From NCBI GenBank assembly GCA_951406725.2, contig OX597822.1, positions 96,038,001 through 96,102,000 of the forward strand: a stretch of 64,000 nt of DNA, in the 5' to 3' direction. The notes beneath the pieces are model-generated. The model searched no databases and was not told where the DNA came from. It saw nothing but the letters and a program-made list of their open reading frames with translations. Each line of letters starts with the position of its first letter. Within the stretch, counting starts at the first letter, position 1. Source of the DNA: Octopus vulgaris (taxonomy: Eukaryota). The position numbers and the translations under genes were made by a program. Below are positions 56,625-64,000 of this stretch, piece after piece.

Positions 56625-57412
56625 AATTCTCGTTTGCACCGTGAACAGGGATTAATCTTCTCTCTTCGCTCTTTTACGCCATTTGGGCTCAACTCTCCTC
56701 CCCTCTTCATCTAGCCTCCTCCCCGACTCCTACTTCTCTTGACTCCTGCATTTTTTCACCCCTACTCTCTTTCCCTCTTCTTCCTTACTCTCTTTCTCTC
56801 TTCTCTCTTTCTCTCTGCTTCCTCACTCTCCTTCTCTCCTCTCTCCCCCTCCCTCCTCCTTCTTCCCAACCAACTCTCCTCTCTGGCCCCGACTCCTACT
56901 TTGTCTCTGAATTTTTTCTAATCCTTCAATCCCAGGAATGTGTTTATTATGTAAAATTGGTATACCAATAACGTTACACCGCTATATTTAGTGGCTATTT
57001 AAGCAATGAGTTCGTGGGTGATTAATGGGTGGGACGGGTGCTAATGAAGGAGCAAAAACTTTTATACGCTCATTACCCTTTTTTTTTTCATCTTCGATCT
57101 CATTGTTTACATCAGGCGTCTTGGATAGGAAACGTCGTAATAAAATCAGTACTAGTTATAATTTCTGCAGAAAATCTGTAAAGATAACTTTAACGAGTGA
57201 TCTATGAATAAAGTACCAGTCTGCTACTAGAGTCGATTCTCCCCCATCTTCTGTCTCTCTTTCTCTCTCTTTACTTTTCTCGTCCTTTCTGGAAGACTTC
57301 GAGAGGGATGGGCTCCGCCACGTCTAAAATGCTCCAGATATGTACTGTGTTTCATGATGGCGTCTCTGTGGTTCATATGCAGGTAGAGGCTCAATATTAA
57401 AAGCAAAGTTAA

Positions 57413-57643
57413 AGGCGGTGAGCTGGCAGAAACGTTAGCGCGCCGGGCGAAATGCTTAGCGGTATTTCGTCTGCCGTTACGTTCTTAGTGCAAATTCCGC
57501 CGAGGTCGACTTTGCTTTCATCCTTTGGGGGGTCGATGAATAAAGTACCAGTTTCGCACTGGGGTCGATGTAATTGACTTAATCCCTTTGTCTGTCTTTG
57601 TTTGTCCCCTCTATGTTTAGCCCCTTGTGAGTAGTAAAGAAAT
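57413..57643 (+). mobile_element. SINE family B
   Basis: Family homology and TSD aatattaaaagc(a/g)aag. Confidence 0.9.
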
Positions 57644-57684
57644 ATTAAAAGCGAAGTAAAGAGTGTATCAATGTGTTTTTTTTT

Positions 57685-58102
57685 TACTCTCTTTACTCTT
57701 TTACATGTTTCAGTCATTTTGACTGCAGCTATGCTGGAGCACCGCCTCTAGTCGAGCAAATCGACCCCGGGACTTATTCTTTGTAAGCCTAGTACTTATT
57801 CTATCGGTCTCTTTTGCCGAACCGCTAGGTGACGGGGACGTAAACACACCAACATCGGTTGTCAAGCAATGCTAGGAGTACAAACACAGACACACAAACA
57901 CATACACATATACATATATGTACATATATATACATATATACGACAGGCTTCTTTCAGTTTCCGTCTACCAAATCCACTCACAAATCCATTGGTCTACCAA
58001 ATCCATTGGTCGGCCCGGGGCTATAGCAGAAGACACTTGCCCAAGATGCCACGCAGTGGGACTGAACCCGGAACCATGTGGTTGGTTAGCAAGCTACTTA
58101 CC
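57685..58102 (-). mobile_element. SINE family A
   Basis: Family homology, with a small internal duplication near 57960-58010. Confidence 0.9.
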
Positions 58103-58821
58103 GCAATATTCAATAATTGTGAATTTCTAGGGTATATTCGCTTTAATTTCGAATGCATTCCTAAGATATTTCGTGTATGACTAAAACGTTTGGGTAAAGA
58201 GGTACAACATAAATTATTCACTAACAGTCATTTAAGGTCACACTGATAACAGTGACAAATTATGCAATCAGCGACTATCATATGTGCAAACAATTACAAT
58301 AAACTCTATTGATTGCGCTTGAGGGAGATTTCCTGTTAAAATAACTGTATTATAATCCGGAGTGCTGCTAAGATAATTCTGTACGTATGTAATTTTCATT
58401 TATTCTCCTAAAGCGTCAGAAATGTAATGAATGCCGTGTCATCGTCGTCGTCGTTGTCATCGTTGTCGCATTGTTGTTCAGATCAAGTCAACCCCTTACC
58501 CCCCCCCCCATAATCAAACAAACCTATTATTTTTAGAGGCTCTCCAGCCTAAGCCTAGACACAGTGTGTCAAAGACTACATTATCCATCATCCGATCTGT
58601 TTAATCTCTTTAAAGAGAGATTAGACAGAAATTTGAGAATGGTTTGGCTGCTATTTGTGTCAGATCCAACGATCGCGTAGCGATTTCTTTGTTGTACAGC
58701 CTAGCTATTATGGAAGACTTAATCTCTTTTGTTTTGTTGTATTTGGTTGAATTTGATTGTAATATTTATCAGCTATTTTGTGTGTGTTTGTGCGCACGTA
58801 CATGTATGTGTGTGTGTGTCC

Positions 58822-58884
<63 letters not shown>

Positions 58885-59749
58885 GATAGTTGTCTATACA
58901 CTATTTCATTATGTTTTGATTTACAGCTGTAACTTCCTGTTATCTTGTTTCGTAGTTGGAATATATTAGATGTTGACGTCTGTGAATAGACAGATATGAT
59001 ATCATGAAACTGTTATATAATAATGCCAGCCCTACCTTTTGTGACGCACGATACACACATACAGAGATACACACACGCAGAAGAGATTGCTAGAATTGTT
59101 TCCGTCGACGCCCAGAGCTCTCAAGCAATCGTCGCATATACTATCCACTAACTCTTTACAGATGTGAGCGTTATTTTTCCACCGACGGTGTATTGTCCAG
59201 TTGGTGACGCGCTGTAAGTGCTTGGCAACATTCTAGATGCCGAGCACCCAAACTCGATGGTTTGTCGGTTGGTTTGAGTATTGCACTCCAGCGTTTTAAG
59301 TGTTGTTTGGCTTGGTACTGAGAAACTAGAGTTTAGGGCGTCAGGTGATTTGATTCACCCACTTGATCTCTCTTCCTTTTACTCAACTGTTCTACAATAT
59401 ATGCTATTGAGTAACTTTTGTGTTGTCTGTGGTCGCTTCAGAATCTAAGGTTTCAGACGTCCATTTAGTTAATTCCTGTGTTATATGTTTGTTTGTTTTT
59501 TTTGGGGGGGGGTAGCGGTGAAGGGAGACAAGCTTCTGAGCGTAAGTGTACAGAGAAATGCCATATTGATATTGTTACTGTTATTGTTGTTGTTGTTGTT
59601 GTTGTTGTGACGGTGGAGGCGGTAGTGGTGGCAGCGGCAGTGGTGGTGAAGGCGTTAGTTTTGGCGGTAATTGTCTGTCCCTGCTTCTACCTTTTTTAAA
59701 TAAAGTGTTCAGTAGGTTCACTTTTCTTACCACTCTACTTCGTTGGCGA

Positions 59750-60470
59750 CTACATGGACCAAGCAGAAAGCCGTGCTTCAATTTCCCCTGGCTCAAAAAT
59801 AGACAGCCTGCTGAAACTTCAAAAAAATATTGGACGAAGACAACTGCTATGTTTGCAGCTTCAAATACGCATTGGAAGCCGCCCCTGCACCAAACTTTGC
59901 TGTTGTTATTGACAATGACAAGAAGCAACCTACCTGGCTCCTATGCAGGTCACTTTAAGGCACCCACATGCAATGAAATTGTTGTGGTTCTTCATGGAGA
60001 ACACCACAACAAATGAGACATTTTCTTTCAGTGTAGGGACAAGACCCTGCAACAGATCTGTGAGACCCACAGGTCATATGACGCAATGCAATACTCTCTT
60101 CTTTATTCAGATGGCGCTAATCGATATCACTTTGGAATTCTTTTGTGTGACAACAACAAAACTGTCTCCTGCAAGCAATTCTACGCTTACAATTTCATGG
60201 TCCGCGATGGCTGCTTCAGTCACTTCCACCGTGCAAGAGACCTTTTCCATCAATTTGCATGTTCGCGAAAATGGAGTCTGACAGATAGTGCTACATTAAG
60301 CAATACCAAAAGCACTTACGTTTGGAGAGCTATATTCACCTTCGAGATGGCATTGACAATGACGTCGCTCCCGAAAACCGTTGAAAAATGTACATACTTG
60401 CTCCAACGTTTACAGCAAGTCCTTGCTACATGCACGAACACACAGAGGACACCATGCGACATGTTTGCCT
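59750..60470 (+). pseudogene. Helitron Rep/Hel protein fragment (region N-terminal to the Rep core)
   Basis: FKAPTCNEI, ETHRSYDAMQYSLL, FYAYNFMVR, LFHQF, KMESDR, YIHLRD and SPCYMHE across frames, with stops and frameshifts. Confidence 0.85.
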
Positions 60471-60735
60471 GAATTATGCCTGTTGGAAGCGTGTGTGGGC
60501 CCGTTCGGTGGACATTTAGTAGCCCATAAGATGGCAGTTCATTTCCCCCGGCATATAAAATTCTATCTTCAATGTCAATGAGAGCTCTGTTGTAGAATTC
60601 ATCGCTAAACCCTACCTCCAAGCCAGGAAGCAGCAGTTGTTCATGGTGTCTGAAGCCTTCAGAAAGGTCTCCTTTATATTTCTCCCACCGAGATACAGGA
60701 TCATGACGATCGCTATTATAGCTAATTTTCAAGGC
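60471..60735 (-). pseudogene. Inverted Helitron Rep/Hel fragment (pre-helicase linker)
   Basis: DPVSRWEKYKGDLSEGF...YNRALIDIEDRI...GGNELPSYGL. Confidence 0.7.
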
Positions 60736-60922
60736 TGGAGGGACTATCCATGGATGAAGGAATGGATTTTATGTTCTTATCTATCTGAACACTATTCTGT
60801 GGACTTCTATACCACGCTTACATCGCATTCTCCCACACACTCTCTATATATGTGTGTGTGTGTATATATATATATATATACATACATACATACATACATA
60901 CATACATACATACATACATACA

Positions 60923-60954
<32 letters not shown>

Positions 60955-60968
60955 CTATTGCCCTTAAA

Positions 60969-61200
60969 GGCTGCGAACTAGCAGAAACGTTAGCACGCCC
61001 GGCGAAATGCGTAGCCGTATTTCGTCTGTCATTACATTCCGAGTTCAAATTTCGCCGAGGTCGACTTTGCCTTTCATTCTTTCGGGGTCGATAAATTAAG
61101 TACTAGTTACGCACTGGGGTCGATGTAATCGACTTAATCCCTTTGTCTGTCCTTGTTTGTCCCCTTCTGTGTTTAGCCCCTTGTGGGTAGTAAAGAAATA
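60969..61200 (+). mobile_element. SINE family B at the 5' edge of a LINE fragment
   Basis: Family homology and TSD ctattgccct. Confidence 0.9.
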
Positions 61201-61206
61201 TATATC

Positions 61207-61800
61207 CTATTGCCCTCAGCTATGGTCACCAACCAGTGTGAAATTAATTGCAGAGCTTGAGGCAATCCAACGGAGCTACACGAAGAAGATAGCCGCTATG
61301 CAGCTTATATACTACTATAAACTACTTAGAAAGACTCCAGAGGTTAAAACTCTATTTCTTAGAGCGTAGGCGAGAAAGATATGCCATGATATAAATCTGG
61401 AAAATCTAAGAGGGACTTGTCCCAAACTTTGGCATCGAGAGTTACACCAATGCTAGAACAGCATAGTGCCATAGACCCCAAATTTGTCATCAAGATATCG
61501 GACAAGATAATGCAACATATTTTAAAATATCACAGCTCTCCATTATCCTCCCGAAGGACCTGAGAGACCTGCAAGGGGTAGATGTAAGTGTTTTCAAAAC
61601 GAAACTAGACCTCTTATTGTGAATTGTCCCAGATGAAGCAACTTCACAGGAAGAGGTGCAGATGAGGGCAGCAGCATCAAACTCCCTCGTGCACCAAATG
61701 TTAATTTCTAAAAAGAATTAGTGAAAATTATATAGCAACACCAAATGGCAGTGCCCCAGGATGGAGACAGCTCATGAGCTGAAACTAGACCAAATCAAAT
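61207..61800 (+). pseudogene. 3' portion of a CR1/L2-like LINE including its tail
   Basis: YCPQLWSP..ELEAIQRSYTKKI, ERRRERY..IYIWKI-like segment, VPDE, then the tail ...gagctgaaactaga(caaat)n. Confidence 0.85.
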
Positions 61801-61815
61801 CATATATATATATAT

Positions 61816-62111
61816 CTCACCGTGACGACCAGGCTATCAGATGTTGCTACACATCGCTGGTCACAATGCGCTTCGCATTGTTTTAGCCTTCAAATGCCGC
61901 CACCCCGCTGGCTAAGCGAGCAGGCCAATAGAAGAAAGAGTAAAAGTTGTGGCGAAAGAGTACAGCAGAGATCGCCACCACCCCCTGCCGGAGCCTCATG
62001 AAGTTTTTAGGTGTTTTCGCTCAATAAACACTCACCACGCCCGGTCTGGGAATCGAAACCGCGATGCTACGACCACGAATCTGCTGCCCTAACCGCTGGG
62101 CCATTGCGCCT

Positions 62112-62115
<4 letters not shown>
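61816..62115 (-). mobile_element. SINE with a family-C head and centre but a different 3' tail
   Basis: 61935-62115 matches family C, while 61816-61930 is unrelated to the family-C tail. Confidence 0.85.
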
Positions 62116-62206
<91 letters not shown>

Positions 62207-62333
62207 TGAGGCTCTATATGGTGTTACTCAGGCACCCAACTACGAGTTCATTGCATCCTGTCGCAGAAACAGCTGTAAGCTAATAAGGTCGATAAGATAA
62301 TTGCTTATTCTTTTGTCATCTCATTTTCTGATA

Positions 62334-62676
<343 letters not shown>

Positions 62677-63851
62677 ATCAGTGTGAGTAGGAATTAACCA
62701 TACAACTTTAACATTTTTTCTTGCACGTCGGATATGCACAAAAAACAAGACTTCTGATGCGTCAATTTAATTTCCTAACCAACAGAGTTGATTCTTTTAG
62801 TTGTTGCTGTTAGAATTGTTCTTACTATTTTTATGCTCCATGTTCTCTACTTTTTTATGAAGTTGGTGATTTATTGAGGCAGGTGACTGCTCACTCACAT
62901 CCAATGCTTTATATGCCACCGAAAACAATCTCGAAAATAACTCTGCTGGGAACTACTATGTTATTATAACCGCGTATCTCATCCTCACAAACGTCCAGCT
63001 TTTGGTGCATTAATAGCCCTTTCAATATAAAAACGGAAATATTGATCGCTTGGTGACTCTATTAATTTCTTAATGTTTGAAGTAAAGCGAAAGATTAAAC
63101 TCAGCAATAAAGGCCGAAAGAGCACTCCCTAATTATAGACATTGGTTGTAGCAGTAAGCGAAGACTAATTAAAGTATATGTTTACAGTGAATCGGACTAA
63201 TCCATCTCTGAGCAAAAAATATTTTTATCACAAGTTATTACTGAAGCCCCGACCTACTAGAAACTGTAACCAGAATTCTCTCGGTATCATACACTACTTT
63301 CCTATAATAAGAAAGAATACATTGAATTATGTGGTCCTTATATGTACACCGTGTCTGAAAAATACGGGATGACTATGGTTAGCACAAGGTTAATCACAGG
63401 TGAATCATTAGAGCGTTGGATAGAATGCTTTGCTGCATTCGTTCTGACTCTCTACGCTATCAGTTCAAATCTCGCCGTCATCAAATTTGCCTTCATCCTT
63501 TCAAAGTCGACGAAAAGTAACCAATCCAGAGCATTGGTTTGGCGTGGTATCGGATCGGATCGGATGCCTAGATGTATTTTTTTCCGGGCTCTTTGCGTTC
63601 TGAGTTAAAATACTACCATGGCTCACTTCAGTGGTAAACTTCACCTCTTCCCTTGTTTAACATAACAATCGGGCATCTGGGGGTAATTTTAGAGGAGTCC
63701 ATTCTGTGATAAGCATTCAGATAAGATTTCCAGTTCGAGAATACTTAACTCTTCTCTCATCTACCAATCTCAGAAACGCTGCAAATGAGTCAGAGCATCA
63801 TTGCCTTCACACATGTCTCTAAAAATCTGAAAAATTAAATATATAAATCAA

Positions 63852-64000
63852 CTAGCAGTATCGCTCGGCGTTGCTCAGGTTTGTAAGGGAAATAACTATA
63901 AAGCATTTTTAGAGAGTTATAGCCAAAAGACAGCAAAAAAATGGAAGAAAATGATGGTAAATTTTTTTTTGATAGTTAAAAAAGGTGGAGTTGCGTCCCC
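63852..64000 (-). mobile_element. Non-autonomous Helitron 3' end (runs off the window)
   Basis: ctagcagtatcgctcggcgttgctcaggtttgtaagggaaataactata is the reverse complement of the 26661 terminus. Confidence 0.85.

Noticed and set aside
62235-62285. GAAACAGCTGTA hammerhead 3' half
   Set aside because: No recognisable CUGANGA core upstream.

Overview
AT-rich, microsatellite-dense eukaryotic DNA with no confidently identifiable host exon. The SINE repertoire and (TA)n/(TACA)n/(AAT)n load suggest an octopod cephalopod genome (inference). Positions 1-10.1 kb hold five head-to-tail copies of a ~1.95-kb composite unit: TA-embedded Penelope-like terminal fragments, a tRNA-derived SINE, LINE 3' tails, (AAT)n and a 133-bp-arm palindrome. 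The rest is a mosaic of at least four SINE families, decayed retroelement ORFs (Penelope RT/GIY-YIG, RTE, CR1/L2-like, HERO-like), Helitron pieces, a mariner relic, Tc2-like and hAT MITEs, and many local inverted repeats. The most notable hidden signal is a set of minimal type-I hammerhead-ribozyme-like motifs read by eye, outside every supplied ORF call. One has a compensatory G3-C8 core swap and sits in the loop of an inverted repeat. Several share an A6U core change. Each tandem unit carries one motif on each strand. Nearly all supplied ORFs are microsatellite or repeat artefacts. Coordinates of degenerate elements are approximate.
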